A stretch of 64,000 bases of DNA, from assembly GCA_008632985.1 (NCBI GenBank), contig QPGO01000050.1, positions 62,001-126,000 on the forward strand, read 5' to 3'. The notes beneath the pieces are model-generated. The model was not told where the DNA came from. It did no database searches and saw only the letters and a program-made list of their open reading frames with translations. The translations under genes and the position numbers were made by a program. This DNA is from Psammoneis japonica (taxonomy: Eukaryota). Positions 25,896 through 39,670 of the stretch are shown piece by piece. Every line of letters begins with the position of its first letter. Position 1 is the first letter of the stretch.

Positions 25896-28044
25896 ATGAG
25901 AAGTTTGTTTCTTATTTCTCTCGTCCAGTCAGCATATGGCTTTGGATCTTTCACAATTCCGGCACGAAAATCCTTGGCAATTGCATCGACAATTGATGCC
26001 ACCCTATCAACCCTCCCGACAGCTACTGACAATCCTAAGGAGCCGCCTATCAAGACTAATGCAGTCATTTGTGGAGGAGGCCCCGCTGGCTTATTAAGTG
26101 CAATTATGCTCGCAAAGCAGTTTCCAACGAAAAAAATCAAAGTGTTTGACCGATTGTCTTCGCCGCCGTCTCCCACCGATGAGGACGTGTGGAGTGATGT
26201 AGCTAAATTCTATTTGATTGGATTAGGAAGCAGAGGCCAAAAGGCTTTGGATCAATTTGGTGTCTGGGAGGATGTGGAGGCGAGTTGTACAGCAGTACTA
26301 GGCCGAAAGGATTGGGCACCAGAATCAGATGAAGGAGTCGAGCGCATCTTTACCGATCGACCCGTAGATACTCAAGTCTTGCCACGCGACAAGCTTGTGG
26401 GTGTACTGCACAAGCATGTCTTGGACAACTATGCAGACACCGTCGACATGAACTATGGTTACGAAGTAACGCCAGTCGATTTCGATTCCGACGGTGGAAA
26501 CTCTGTCCTTGTCCGGTGAGTGTACTGAATTTACTGAGAATGTGAACGCTCCGAATCTCTCGTCGCGTATTCTTCTCATCACTTTCTTACACCCTCAATG
26601 ACACACAGTGTTTCAAAGTGCGATGAGGACAGAATGGACCGACTCAATCCTACCACAGTTGAGAAAGACACAGGGGACGAATCAGACATGGATCAGCTAT
26701 GTGATCCTGAAAGCTCGTTTCTTGTTTCCACTGACTTTCTCATCGCTGCCGATGGCACCGGACGATCTGTTGCCAATCATATGGAACACCAGGACAAAGA
26801 AAAATGGAATGGTATGAATCCTATTTCACGTATCTTTGCTGAAAAGCCGTTCAGAGTCAATCGGTACGTTGACGACAACACGCGAATCGAGCCAACGGTC
26901 CCGGGTCAGTCATGATGTGAACAAATGACACTCACTCACCCTCTCTACGCTCTCTTTGTCGTTAGTTACGTTGACGACAACCAGCGAATATACAAGACAG
27001 TGCCTCTTAAAATACCTTCCGATTGGAGACCCGATTTGAATTACTCTGCAAGGACAAAGAAAGGCAGAGTCACATTCGATGCTCTACCCGCAAACGATAA
27101 GCGATCGTATTGTGGTGTACTGTTGTTGAAAAAAGAAGACCCAATGGCCCAGCCAAATTCAGATCCCAAGGAATTGCGTGCCTTGCTAGACGAGGCTTTG
27201 CCGCAGTTTAGTGAGCTGCTGGATGACGATACGGTGGAGCAAATCGCCAAGAAACCACCATCATTTCTTCCGGCTTTTCGCTATGTCGGTCCAAGACTGA
27301 ACCAAGGGGGGCGTACCGTTATTCTTGGCGACTGCGCACACACGGTCAAGCCGTACTTTGGACTCGGCGCCAACACTGCGTTAGAGGATGTGAAGGTGAG
27401 CGAATTACGTACTGCCAGTTCCATCACCACGTATTTTGCTTAATCGAGATTTCCTTATGCATTTTCTTTGGACAAAGTGTCTTGGTGACTCTCTCAATGC
27501 CACAGACGGCGACATTCCTTGTGCTGTGCAAAAATTCTCAGATGAGCGCGCCGGAGAAGCCGAGACTGTCGTAAGACTGAGTCGCGAATTGGATAGACCG
27601 GGGGCGCTTGGCTTTGTGACATTCATCCTTCCTCTCATTCTCGATTCTATATTCAATCGCTTGGCACCCAAAGTTTTTGCACCCAACACGATTGCCATGC
27701 TGCAACGTGAAGGTTATACATTTGGTCGCGTTGCTCGGAGAAAACGGCAAGATCGAATCTTACAGGTTGCGGCACTTGCAGCGTTGTTAGCCACAACGTC
27801 ATTAGCAGTGCGCGCCTTAGTCACGTCGCTGGCTACAGCCCTCGGGAAGCGTAGTACAACAGTTGTAGCAGGCATGAGCGCGGTTGGTGTGGCTTTTATC
27901 TTTCTCAAAAAGATCGCAACGTATCTGGTTCCCGGAATGGCGCCAGCAGACGTGCTGAACAAAACAAAGAGCAAAATTTCTGATTCGGAGAGGGCTTCAT
28001 CTTTTTTTCTTGGAAAGACTGGGAAGAAAAGGAAGTCTAGCTAA
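25896..28044 (+). CDS. FAD-dependent monooxygenase (kynurenine 3-monooxygenase-like) with signal/plastid presequence and three introns
   Basis: MRSLFLISLVQSAYG-F, ICGGGPAGL, LIAADG and ILGDCAHTVKPYFGLGANTALED. Introns at about 26516-26608, 26864-26965 and 27396-27477. Confidence 0.9.
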
Positions 28045-29330
28045 GAACTGCACAACAATAGGAGCACATTATCATTGGTATGTTGGTGGCTATCTCTCCA
28101 TACCTGTTACGTTGAGTCTTGTCTATCAAACTACTTGTCATTTAGGATAAGAAATAATGGATATCGTTTGGGTGCGTGTTTCCTTTCAGTTCCTTTACAA
28201 GACGTCCAACCGGTCGCCAAACGCAACAGAAAGCAATTGATTGAGCCGTCCCGCAAGAACCGATGATCCCAATCCGACAACAGAACCCCGTATTGAACGA
28301 ACCTGCTCTAAAGAGAGCTACTCTGCATTTCGAACAAGTCTCTGTATGGACTACCATTGGATGCGTTGCTGCGGTCTAGACCAATCGTGCAAGTCGTGCC
28401 GTTTGAGAAAGTGTCGTTGAGAAAATATGCTTCTTGCGCCACTTGAACAATGTTCCGACACTTGTGTCTCAAGACGTCGAGGTATTACATAGTTCAGTTG
28501 AACAGAACCATCGCGAGCGACCAGTTCTGGATATCGCAGCACTCAGGTTGACGGTCTTGTTGGTGGCGGATCAAGCAACTGAGTGCCACAGCGTGCAATG
28601 GATCCAAAGCTTGTAATACCCACAGCTCTATTCTCGAGACGGGGGCTCGGAGCTACTCGAGAAATCCGATGCTTTCACCCGAGGCGAAAGCCGGAATAGA
28701 AATACGGTACAGCGAGCAAGCAATTAGAATAGTGGCCGTTCCCTTCTATACAGCCGCCCTTTTCGGGAAAGAAGGGTTCAGAAAGCAAGTAGAGCATCTC
28801 AATGATCCCATTGAGTGCATCGACGAGAGAAATACCTTTGTCGGTCTTCTCTAGGCACAAGTAGTAATGCCCACTGATTCGCATGTATCGTGAAATGAGA
28901 AATACGAAAGGTACGACAGCAACAAGTTACTTCAAAAACGTTTGTCTAGCTCTGTCTTTTGTTTGTTTCCCTCTTTCGCGGAGGCGATTCCCGGAGAGCG
29001 GAAGCAAACCGTCCCTCTACTTGTCCTGTTTTTGTAACCACTCCATAGCTTCTTGCCGACGACATTGTCTGAACGTTCCAAGATGAATAAATTTCGTGAG
29101 AGGCGGAGTTCTTCTGAGCATTAAACAAAGTGTCCAAGAAATCAGAAATCAGCGCATCGTATCGGACCATACTCTCAACACGCGCTCTGCTGTGCGGCAC
29201 AAAGAGAACCTACACCCACACTGAGCACTGCAGCTACGGGAAAAAGAGAAAATAGAAGACTTCGGACAAGACGGGGGAAGCAACAACTACTGCCGACAAG
29301 CAATAATCTCCGACGCACATCATACATCGC

Positions 29331-30815
29331 ATGGTTCGGAAACATCTTATCATGATTGGATGCTCATCAAGAAAAAGCTACTCCAACAACTACCATTACA
29401 CGCAAAGCTCTCGAAAAGAATGCGCCTTTGCCTTGTCGGAAATGCGGAGTCGTATATTGCATGCCGATTTGGAACGCTCTTTGGAGAGACGTGGTGGGAC
29501 GGTGGTGTGTGATGATTTGGTCTTGACACCCCATGTTCAAGCATCGCAACGAATTCGTGATGCCGTCTTGGTGGCCAAGGCGTGGAGAGATTCGAAGATG
29601 GTGCGAGTCCACGTGACGTTGTGACGGCATCGTGTTTGACACGTCCCAATTGCGACTTTTGTGTCGAACGATACGATGGTCAACATACTTTTTATGAATT
29701 GGTGGAATGGATGGACGATGTGGACTTTATGCAATACAAGTTGAAAGTGTCCGTCACTCGGACCACGGTGTATGCGTGGATTTGAAATGTTTACCATTGG
29801 TGATTGTCAATCCATTTTATTGAAACTAACCAATGAACGGTGTGTCAACTCCGGGGAGAACTCTTTGATGCGACGGCTCTTCAAATTGAAGCGGAAGAAA
29901 TCATGAAGCAAGAAGAAGTGTTTCCGGAAATGATGCCGGATAGTCACGGAATCATGACACAAGCAGAAATGACCTACCTGACTTCCATGGAACAAGTCAA
30001 GGCGTTATCGAAACAATTGGTGGTTGCCGAACGTGCCTTTCATTTGGTACGGGATCGGATTGAACAATTGGTTGCCAAGTACGAAACGTTGCTGGTACGG
30101 TTGGAGAATGATTCCCTCGTGGAAGCAGCACCGTCGTCGTGATTACTCTGGAGAGTTCCAACATTTCGACAGACTATTTTGAAAATCACGAAAAGCAAAT
30201 TTTGGCACGACGAGCACACGGGCGGAAATCAAGGCGGAATTGGTGGCGCGTGAAGCCATTCTGGCCAAGCAACAAGCGCAACAGAGTTTGCAAGAAAAGG
30301 AACGGGAATTGGAAGAGTTGCAAGTGAGTTGTTGTGTAGTAATTTTTTGTGAAATTGATGGTTGATTTATGTATTGAGAATGACGGCTGTTTCTAACTAA
30401 CTATACTCTTGTTTCAGACGCACAGCAACGACTCTTGGAATTGCAATCGGAACCATCCCATGTATTTCCGGAACGCGAGCATTCTGTCATTTTGGCCAAG
30501 GCCATTGCCGCCAATAGCGGTCATCACAGTCCGTCTTCCTTTGTCGATTCATCGCAAAACCGTACGCAGCAGGATGAAGAATTGGCAGAATCGCTCTATC
30601 AAGAAAAGATTAGCAGCGTTAAGCAAAAGTTTCGCGATCGCATGGCGGAGCGCAAGAATAATAAACCAGCAGCACCAAGTCGAAATCAAGTCTTGTCGGG
30701 TGAAGAAATGTTTCAGTATTTGGACTTTTATGAACGTTCTCTCAAGGCTGTCGAGCAACAACAAGAGGATGCTGTACCCGAGTATCGGCATTCTGCATTG
30801 TGGAGACGGCATTGA
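29331..30815 (+). CDS. Hypothetical coiled-coil protein, multi-exon, with apparent frameshifts
   Basis: Consecutive same-strand coding-like segments (29582-29785, 29840-30142, 30139-30327, 30435-30815) with GT-AG gaps. Confidence 0.5.
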
Positions 30816-30954
30816 CGGGAACTACATAAAACGTTTGAGCTGAGCTTCAACACCAACAGCGCTTGCTAGTATCTATAAAAAGGGAGCTATTCTTAGTCAG
30901 CAGCACAGATAGCAGTAAAATACGAGAAAGAACAATGAAAGTCATTAGGCAAAC

Positions 30955-33015
30955 ATGACGCTGCAACAAAAAGTACCGATCAAGCGACGAGCTGCTACAA
31001 GAAATCATCACTCCAACAACATGACGACTCCATGGCGAGCGTTTGCAATCATGCAATTGTTGTTCCATTCATCATCTTGGGCCCAAGTATCACAGGCTCC
31101 CTCCGCCATGATAATTACTCCAGCTACATTGGAGCCATCGCCTCTTCCAACGTTCGAGTCCACACCTACGACAACTATGGAACCTACCGCCGAACCCACC
31201 GCTGCTGATACTACTACAACTACCGTGAGTCCTTCACCGAGCCCAAGTGCCTCGATGACAGCGAGTCTCACTACAGCTGTTGCTTCATCCACCTCTGTTC
31301 CAACAGTCAACCTTCCAGCACTCCAACAAGTCAACCATCCAGTACACCGACCAGCTCTCCAACCGTAGCAGCCACTACCACGAGTCCAACAACAAGTCCA
31401 TCAACAAGTCCTTCTTTAGCCACATTGCTTCCCACTACGACTCCCACATTTCTTCCAACCATCATGGAAAGCAGCCTTGCTCCTACTGCCCAACTGACCT
31501 TATCACCCAGCATCACTACTACGACATTGCCTTCCAGTGCACCATCCATCACCATCACTGCATTTTCCTCCGAGCAGCCCATCAGTACGATAGTTACTAC
31601 CGAACCAACCGGCAGTCCAACGACGACAGCCACCACAACGTCACCAACAATTATCCCTTCTACAATACCACCATCCACCTCTGTACCATCCTCTGCTGGC
31701 GGCACCGCCATTCCAGTCAATGGCACAGTCGGGGTCAATCTCCTGTACGTGTCGGGCACAATGAATGACAATACATTGGAAATATTTCGATTCATATCGC
31801 AAGCCTTTTTATCCAATGCGCTCAGCATGTTGGAACAGCCCGTTTCGAGTGTGGAGGTGACCCGAGTGTACAACCAACAAGTGTCCACGCCAACCGACGT
31901 GGATGCCAGCGGTAGTGCCGGATTGCAGCAATTGACTGTGCAACTGGATGCGAGGTGCGACTTTCGTCCTCGTCAAGGCTTTTCAACTGTATCAGAGGAT
32001 TTGGATTACAGTCGTCTATTACGAAATGTCTTTACCGTGCAGAGTCCAGCCTTTATTTCGCTATTACAGCAATCGGGCAATGACTACTTTTCCACCGTCA
32101 TTTCCGTCAATTCCGTGGTGATACAAGACGAAACCAACAATATTGAAAACAATGGTGAAAATTCTTCTTCCTCAAACAGTGGACTCTCGACAGGAGTGAT
32201 TATTGCCATTGTCTTGGGTACCGTGATTGTGTGTTGCCTCTTTGCCTTGGATATCGTTATGCCAGAAGGACGACTACTCGACCACGAAACTATTTCAAAA
32301 GCACGGGTCCCAACAACAACACATCTCTTGCTGTCAATACATGCATGGGTTCGTCGTCGAATGCTGCTGCTTCCAAGAATAGGAAATTGGATAGTTCCTT
32401 TTGGACTCCACTGAAAAAGTCCAAACAACCACAACGACGACAAGCAACACCCAGTTCGGCTCGATCCTCCAATCTATCCTACGTGGAGGATGGTCAATCC
32501 AGTCCCAAGAGCCAAGTCAGCAGCTATTCGTATCGACAACGAACCAAATCAAGTGACGACTCGTCATGTAACGATGGATCGTATTTGGCAAACAGTAGCA
32601 AGGGCGGAGGCGACTTGACGTATGCCTATTCGCTCGACGACGGTATTCAAGATGCGGCCACGTATGATCCTGGGTCCATATCCAGTGGAACCACCATGAT
32701 GGGTACTACTATAGCCGGTGGTTCCTTGTCGGCACCGTCCTTTCAAGACGAACATGACATTCCACCTTGAAAGGCACAACGAGATGTCTATGCGCCACCG
32801 GGTCGATTGGGAATTGTCGTGATACCACTGGATGGACCCCAGTCATGTCGCTCAAGGATGACAGTCCACTGGTGGGTGTGATTCGGGTAGATGACTTGAT
32901 TGTTGCCATTGATGATGTTGATACACGCAACATGACGGCCAATTCGATTGGACAATTAATGGCGATTAGTATGAGTCGAAGACGGAAATTGACATTGTGG
33001 AGTGATATTGAATGA
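30955..33015 (+). CDS. Ser/Thr/Pro-rich single-pass membrane protein with C-terminal PDZ-like domain (indels and one TGA in this assembly)
   Basis: Signal-like segment, mucin-like PT/ST tract, TM helix GVIIAIVLGTVIVCCLFAL, then RDVYAPPGRLGIV...DSPLVGVIRVDDLIVAIDDVDTR. Confidence 0.7.
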
Positions 33016-33697
33016 TAATAGGAGGAGCAACGAATCCAGTAGACATAGAAGTGGTGTGGTCCATTCTCGGTTCTTTGGAATTGTGGATCTCGGTGCCGAG
33101 GGAATACGATGATGGAATGTGTGCTGTGGGTCTATGCACATACCTTGGCGGATGTGCTGAGTCTGCGTTTGCAATAAAGGCAGCGTCGACTGGAACAGTA
33201 CCGACTCTGGGGAATGCAGGGACTATGAACGACGATACCGTTACCAGCACCAGTCTGCTAGCTCCACTCTGTCTCGGTAGAGCGACAGCGACAAAATGTG
33301 TGTTAGGATTGGTAGTTGAAGCGGCAAACTCTATGTTAGATAAGCAAACGATAATTGTAATGTTGTACTATACTTTCTGCTCGAAGCTAACTAATAACAT
33401 ATATCCCCTCGATGCTAATCGAGACTCACTAACGTCTCGATTGCATTGCCTCCCAACTGACATTCTAATGCTTCCAAGAACTTAAAAAGCACCGATTCGA
33501 AAGGCAAGCCTGATTTGTTTCAATGTCGTGACCCAACTTCCAATGGCAGGTGCCAGAACCTCAACAACAAATTCTTGGTTTCTTCGCGGGGTTTCATAAA
33601 CGGCACAGAATCTTGAAGAACGTTCATCACATAAATCGACGTATCTAAAACTCTCGTCACCCAATATTTGGCTTTCCACTCCATTGTAGAGCGACAG

Positions 33698-34553
33698 TCA
33701 GACAAAATTGGGTTCCGAAAGAGCGACACCTTTTCAAAAAGCAGGTTTCGCCCGAGTCTTTGCAATCTCCAAAACTTTCTTCCCCCAATGTCCAACACTC
33801 GATTTGATCTCAGAGAGATGGTTAGACAAGATTGGGTTCCGAAACGGCAAAAAATTATCGCGTTCCTGCAGAACGCGAGCCTGAGTCTGGATTTGCGCGA
33901 CAACGTCGTTCGAGAATACGTCTACAAGTTTCCACCAAAGCTGAAACACTTCCAACTTGGATTCCAAAAAAGTATTGTACGTGTCCGACAAGAAGGCCAA
34001 CTGGATCTCCAAAAATATCGTGAACGTATCTTGGAACGGGACTCCCTTGGTCTGAATCGTGCTATCGGGAGTAGTGTTGAGAAAAAGTTGCTGGAGGCTG
34101 CCGTTGGAGTCGCCATTGTTGTCCGGTACAAAATAGTCATAGACACAATACTCGTTAGCATCATCTTCTGGTACAATCGTGGGCATGGTATTGCGTAGGA
34201 GGTCTTGGACGCGACTCGGAGACTTGTCGCCGTCGTCAAAACAAACGCAAAAGCTGGAAGTGATGATGGCGTTTTCGAAGGGAACAGTGCCGGGAGCAGC
34301 GTTGCTGATGATGTCATGGTAGTAGCTGGGGGTTAGTATCGATATATGAGTAACTGTTGTTGTCCAAAAACTTGCGTAGGAGCTCTTGGTTGAACGTGGC
34401 GATACTGTCGGTCGCCGTGGCGGCCTTGATCGACAAGGCGCTAACGGAGCGCTTTGCCGTACCCGTATCCACAAACGAGGCAGAGAGAGGGCTGATGATG
34501 GCACCAGCGCTCATGGCGGCAATGATGGCAAGGACAAAGTTCATGATTTTCAT
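33698..34553 (-). CDS. Hypothetical secreted protein (copy 1, normal TA content, apparent indels)
   Basis: Starts MKIMNFVLAIIAAMSAGA. The frame was reconstructed using the second copy at 46873-47718. Confidence 0.6.
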
Positions 34554-34859
34554 GATGGACTGTGAACTGACGAGCAATTCAGAAATTGTGAGAGCACTCG
34601 AACGAGAAGAGATTCTGTCTGCAATGGAGGTGCCGTGGTACAAAGCACGTAGAAATCTACGTGGCGTCAGCCGTTATCGCGTTGGAGTGATGTTCAGAGA
34701 AAGTTTCGCGAAAGTTAGTTAGTACGGAGCAGCTGAAGCTAGCTCGCAGTGGCATTTCGGCGCAGTTGATGAATCTATCGATCTTAGTTGGTCGTGCTTT
34801 TCTGCTCATTCCAGAATAATTCGCTCGCTCGCTCGTCGTTCCTGGTTGATGCTTGATGC

Positions 34860-36470
34860 AGGATGCATTCAGCAGCCAACAGTCAACTGCTGCTGTTGCA
34901 TAAAAACAAAATGGCATCAATGACACATGATGGCACCACCATGGCCAGCTGCTGCAATGCCCCCATTGTTCTTCCAGAGAAAAAGGGGGGTGACTTTGAG
35001 GGGGTGGGGCGAGAAGAGAGGTTGGCACACTTTTGACGTGCGTGTGTGTGCCCATGGCATTGCCTCAGAGTCTTTTGGCTGTAAATGCGCATTTGCCAAA
35101 GAACACACAAGCAATGACACTGTAGAAAAAGCAAAGAAACAACCAGCGACTTCTGGCCTGTTCCAGCTCCAGGTGATCCGCTTTTCATCACGAGAGAGGC
35201 CGATTTTCTGCGCAGTTTAGCGCAACTGACTCCTTCAATTTTGATCGTTTCGAAAATTGAAAGGTGAATGTACACCCAAAAATGCATGTTAAGTGCACAC
35301 TTGCCCTTTGATTTGGCAAAAAACGGATTTGGAAAAAGTTGATTGCGCTGAATGCACAAATTGCCAAATGATGGGAATCGAACCCGCTCGGAGCACCTGG
35401 AGCTGGAACAGGCCTTCTGCAGGTCACAAGCAAACAATGCTGTTGAGATGGCAGGGGACAGCAAAGTCAAGGAACCATCGAAAGATGTGGCAGCATCTCC
35501 CAAAGACACTCCCAAGCTTGGCAATGGCGTGTTTGACAAAATTCCTTCTCATGCATTTCCTGCATTTGAGTCAGTGCTTCTGGCCAGTGTTGCTGCACTG
35601 ACTGCATCAGGAGAAAGTGCCGAAGTGCCTGACAAAGTTGGCCAAGAACAAGGTGTGCAAGGACTCTCCTTTGTTTGTCTTGCACTGTTTTGTTGATGCT
35701 TGCATCAAGTTTGAACTTCTGCTTGCCATCATGACAGGTCTTGTCTCAGCCACAATTGGAGAGTGCGGCCTTTGCTGTTGCCAGGCTCCGATGCCTCTTT
35801 TTTCCTGGCCATTGCTGCTCCTGGGCACCCACACATCTTTTGTGATTGATGATGTGTCAATTTTGTGATGGACCCACATCATGCAAGTGACATTGAATTT
35901 GTAAAAGAAGAAATCAAGGGCATGCTGTGGGTTTGTGAAGATTTTGTTCCTTGCTCTGGAATGACAGGTTGTGCCCATTTTGCTCAAGACCACATCTGTT
36001 TGCCCCGGCATCCACGAGAAAAAACAGAGCTGATGCAGCAACCCAGGCCTGTCTGACTTTTGCCATGCCACTGCAGGATCAAGAACATCACAAGCCTGCA
36101 CCGCTCTTGTGGAGCTGCTGCCAAACAAGTGCATGGTGGTCAAGGCCACCGCCAACACTGTGGATGGTGTCTTCAGTGCAAGCAGGGGACAGCAGAGGTG
36201 CAGGCTTTTGGCCATTGCATGTCAATGTAAAAGTTTCACAGAAGCAACCAGTGCTGCAACAGCAGCAGCCATGATGTGAGGCATGTTGCTCCTGTTGGAT
36301 GACTTGACCAAGCGCGCCACTCTCAAGCATGAATGCATTCTTGGCAAAATCTGTCCAGTGATCATGGGTGCCACAGCCATCCCATTGGACCTGCATGGCA
36401 CCACCAATGTCTCTCCTGAGATTGCAGTGTGCAGACTGCTGCAGACTTTGAAATCCTTGCCCTTGACAAT
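34860..36470 (+). repeat. Unclassified repeat family, copy A
   Basis: Aligns with about 41960-43370 and 48040-48995. Confidence 0.85.
35155..35414. mobile_element. 260-bp MITE with 26-bp TIRs and a 4-bp TSD (TTCT)
   Basis: ttct|ggcctgttccagctccaggtgatccg ... cggagcacctggagctggaacaggcc|ttct. The empty site cggc-ttct-gcagg is visible at about 48313-48325. Confidence 0.92.
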
Positions 36471-36479
36471 CTGGGCCTT

Positions 36480-37930
36480 GAGAGCAAAAATGCAACTCGG
36501 GTCATCACAGAGGTGTGCCACGAAGACAGAGCCCTGACCTCCAGCATCGAGGAATTTGATGACACAGAAATCATGGAGATGCCAACACTGCCCACATCAA
36601 GCCTTTTGGCGGGGTGTCATTTGTTCAATTGGAGCCATTGGATCAGTCAGACGGTTGGAGAGCATGGCTTTCAAAGCTGGGCCGCATTTGTCAAGGTCGT
36701 CATCAACGCAGTCTCGGATCAATTTTCGAATCCTTGGGACTCAAATCCAAACAATGGCTTGGGCTTGGAGGGAATGTTGTCCATTCCCATGTTGGTGTCT
36801 GCAGTGCTGGTGGGAGACACGCTGCGAAGCTGCTCAGCATTGACTGAAGCGGGCTGCGGTGCAGAGACGAGAAAGTTGGTGCCCAAAACGGGCTTGACGT
36901 GTTCCTGAATGCATCACATGGCATGCGCATGATGAGCGGCTTCAAAACTGTGGCCTGGAATGACGTCGTCCATGATCTTTGCCACTCGGCGAAGGTTTTC
37001 AATGGGTCCGTCCTTTGTGAGACTGTGGATGAGATCACAAAGGAGTTTGTCCATCGGACGATCCTTGCTGCCTTTGACGGGACCGCCGCTCATCTCGGCC
37101 AAGGAGTTCCATGCTTGTTTGGCCGTCGTGGATGTCTCTGGATGGCGCAAACACATGAGAGGTTGGATGCGGTCGGCGATGGTGCCCGGGTTGGGTTTTT
37201 TCTAATCGTCGCAGGTTTGGATCCACTGGTCCACAAGCTCTTCCCTGGCCCCACATGAAACCGCCAAGAGAGGAACCTTGCACTGGTTTTTGTTTTCAGC
37301 AGTCCCAAGCTGAGTCCACCCCAAGTTGGCAAAAGCGCCGCGGTGCATTTTGACGGGAATGCCATCGTGCAAGACAGCTTCAAGAAAGCAAATGGCCAAG
37401 GTGCCCAAATTGAGCAAATGGCTTCCACAAAGGGGTCAAGCGACAATTGCAAGATCAGTCAATTGCGCATCGGTTGCTCATTCATCCTTGGTCGAATGCT
37501 GTGCAGACCACCGCAGGACCTCCAGAAACTTGTTGTCGACAGCGGTGCATTTGTGCCCTGCTTGCAGCTGTCTGAGCTCCATCTTCTTGGAGTTCGTGAG
37601 TCTGCCGACACAAGTGGGAAGGAGAAGCAAATCATGCTCTGCTTTGACAGCATGTTTCCACTCATGTGCTTTGGCGGGAAAACCTGGCGCTGTTGCGTTG
37701 CACATCACCTCGAGCGCATTTTCGTCCAAGATTTTTGGGTCAAAGAGTTCGAACTCACTGCTTTGAGGGTCGAATGCCGCACAGTGTTGGCGCTGCTTCG
37801 TTTGGGCACCTTTTCTGCACTCATGATGGCCTTTGGCTGGAGTTTGACAGCACAAGAAGCAGAGCAGCAACAGCCCATGAGAAGCGAAGTCACATTGTTG
37901 GGAACAAGCGCAGTTGTTCGTTGCCGCAGC
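36480..37930 (-). mobile_element. TpA-depleted unclassified coding remnant next to the satellite
   Basis: Broken minus-strand frames with no TA but CG retained. No recognisable domain. Confidence 0.3.
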
Positions 37931-39670
37931 AATTTTTGGAAAGTCTTGCTGTCACCCGCACACATTTCCCAAAAATGCGTTTTTCCTGAAAATCATTGTT
38001 TTTTGGGAAACACGACTCACCACTTTCCCAAAATTGTGCGTTTCTTTGGAAAAACAAAATTTTTGGAAAGTCTTGCTGTCGCCCGCACACATTTCCCAAA
38101 ACTGCGTTTTTCCTGAAAGTCATTGTTTTTTGGGAAACACGACTCACCACTTTCCCAAAATTGTGTGTTTTTTGGGAAACACGACTCACCACTTTCCCAA
38201 AATTGTGTGTTTCTTTGGAAAAACGAAATTTTTGGAAAGTCTTGCTGTCGCCCGCACACATTTCCCAAAACTGCATTTTTCCTGAAAATCATTGTTTTTT
38301 GGGAAACACGACTCACCACTTTCACAAAATTGTGTGTTTCTTTGGAAAAACGATTTTTTGGAAAGTCTTGCTGTCGCCCACACACATTTCCCAAAACTGC
38401 GTTTTTCCTGAAAATCACTTGTTTTTTGGGAAACACGACTCACCACTTTCACAAAATTGCGCGCTTCTTTGGAAAAACGATTTTTTTGGAAAGTCTTGCT
38501 GTTGCCCGCACACATTTCCCAAAGCTGCGTTTTTCCTGAAAATCATTGTTTTTTGGGAAACACGACTCACCACTTTCCCAAAATCATGTGTTTCTTTGGA
38601 AAAACGATTTTTTTGGAAAGTCTTGCTGTCACCCGCACATGTTTCCCAAAGCTGCGTTTTTCCTGAAAATCATTGTTTTTTGGGAAACACGACTCACCAC
38701 TTTCACAAAATTGTGCGTTTCTTTGGAAAAACGATTTTTTTGGCAAGTCTTGCTGTCGCCCACACACATTTCCCAAAACTGCGTTTTTCCTAAAAATCAT
38801 TGTTTTTTTGGGAAACACGACTCGCCACTTTCCCAAAATCATGTGTTTCTTTGGAAAAACGATTTTTTTGGAAAGTCTTGCTGTCGCCCGCACATGTTTC
38901 CCAAAACTGCGTTTTTCCTGAAAATCATTGTTTTTTGGGAAACACGACTCGCCACTTTCCCAAAATTGTGTGTTTCTTTGGAAAAACGATTTTTTTGGAA
39001 AGTCTTGCTGTCGCCCGCACACATTTCCCAAAACTGCGTTTTTCCTGAAGACCACTGTTTTTTGGGAAACACGACTCACCACTTTCACAAAATTGTGCGT
39101 TTCTTTGGAAAAACGACTTTTTTGGAAAGTCTTGCTGTTGCCCACACACATTTCCCAAAACTGCATTTTTCCTGAAAATCATTGTTTTTTGGGAAACATG
39201 ACCCACCACTTTCCCAAAATCATGTGTTTCTTTGGAAAAACGATTTTTTTGGAAAGTCTTGCTGTTGCCCGCACATGTTTCCCAAAACTGCGTTTTTCCT
39301 GAAAACCATTGTTTTTTGGGAAACACGACTCACCACTTTCACAAAATCGTGTGTTTCTTTGGAAAAACGATTTTTTTGGAAAGTCTTGCTGTTGCCTGCA
39401 CACATTTCCCAAAGCTGCGTTTTTCCTGAAAATCACTGTTTTTTGGGAAACACGACTCACCACTTTCCCAAAATTGTGCGTTTCTTTGGAAAAATGATTT
39501 TTTTGGAAAGTCTTGCTGTCGCCCGCACATGTTTCCCAAAACTGCGTTTTTCCTGAAAATCATTGTTTTTTGGGAAACACGACTCACCACTTTCCCAAAA
39601 TCATGTGTTTCTTTGGAAAAATAAAATTTTTGGAAAGTCTTGCTGTCACCCGCACATGTTTCCCGAAAAG
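37931..39670. repeat. 127-bp tandem satellite, about 13.5 units
   Basis: ttttggaaagtcttgctgt recurs at about 37934, 38061, 38230, 38356, 38484, 38611 and on to 39628. One unit has an internal duplication of about 42 bp. Confidence 0.97.

Larger units (their letters stand above)
31956..36130 (+). repeat. Segmental duplication, copy 1 (about 4 kb)
   Basis: Colinear with 45145-48995 starting at tgcgactttcgtcctcgtcaaggc. Confidence 0.95.

Noticed and set aside
26864..26985. YVDD as a reverse-transcriptase motif
   Set aside because: It lies within the FAD monooxygenase reading frame and no other RT motifs are nearby.
37931..39670. CRISPR-like array, or repeat-protein ORFs in the ORF track
   Set aside because: The whole 127-bp unit repeats with no unique spacers, there are no cas genes and the context is eukaryotic. 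The ORFs exist only because TA-free DNA lacks TAA/TAG.
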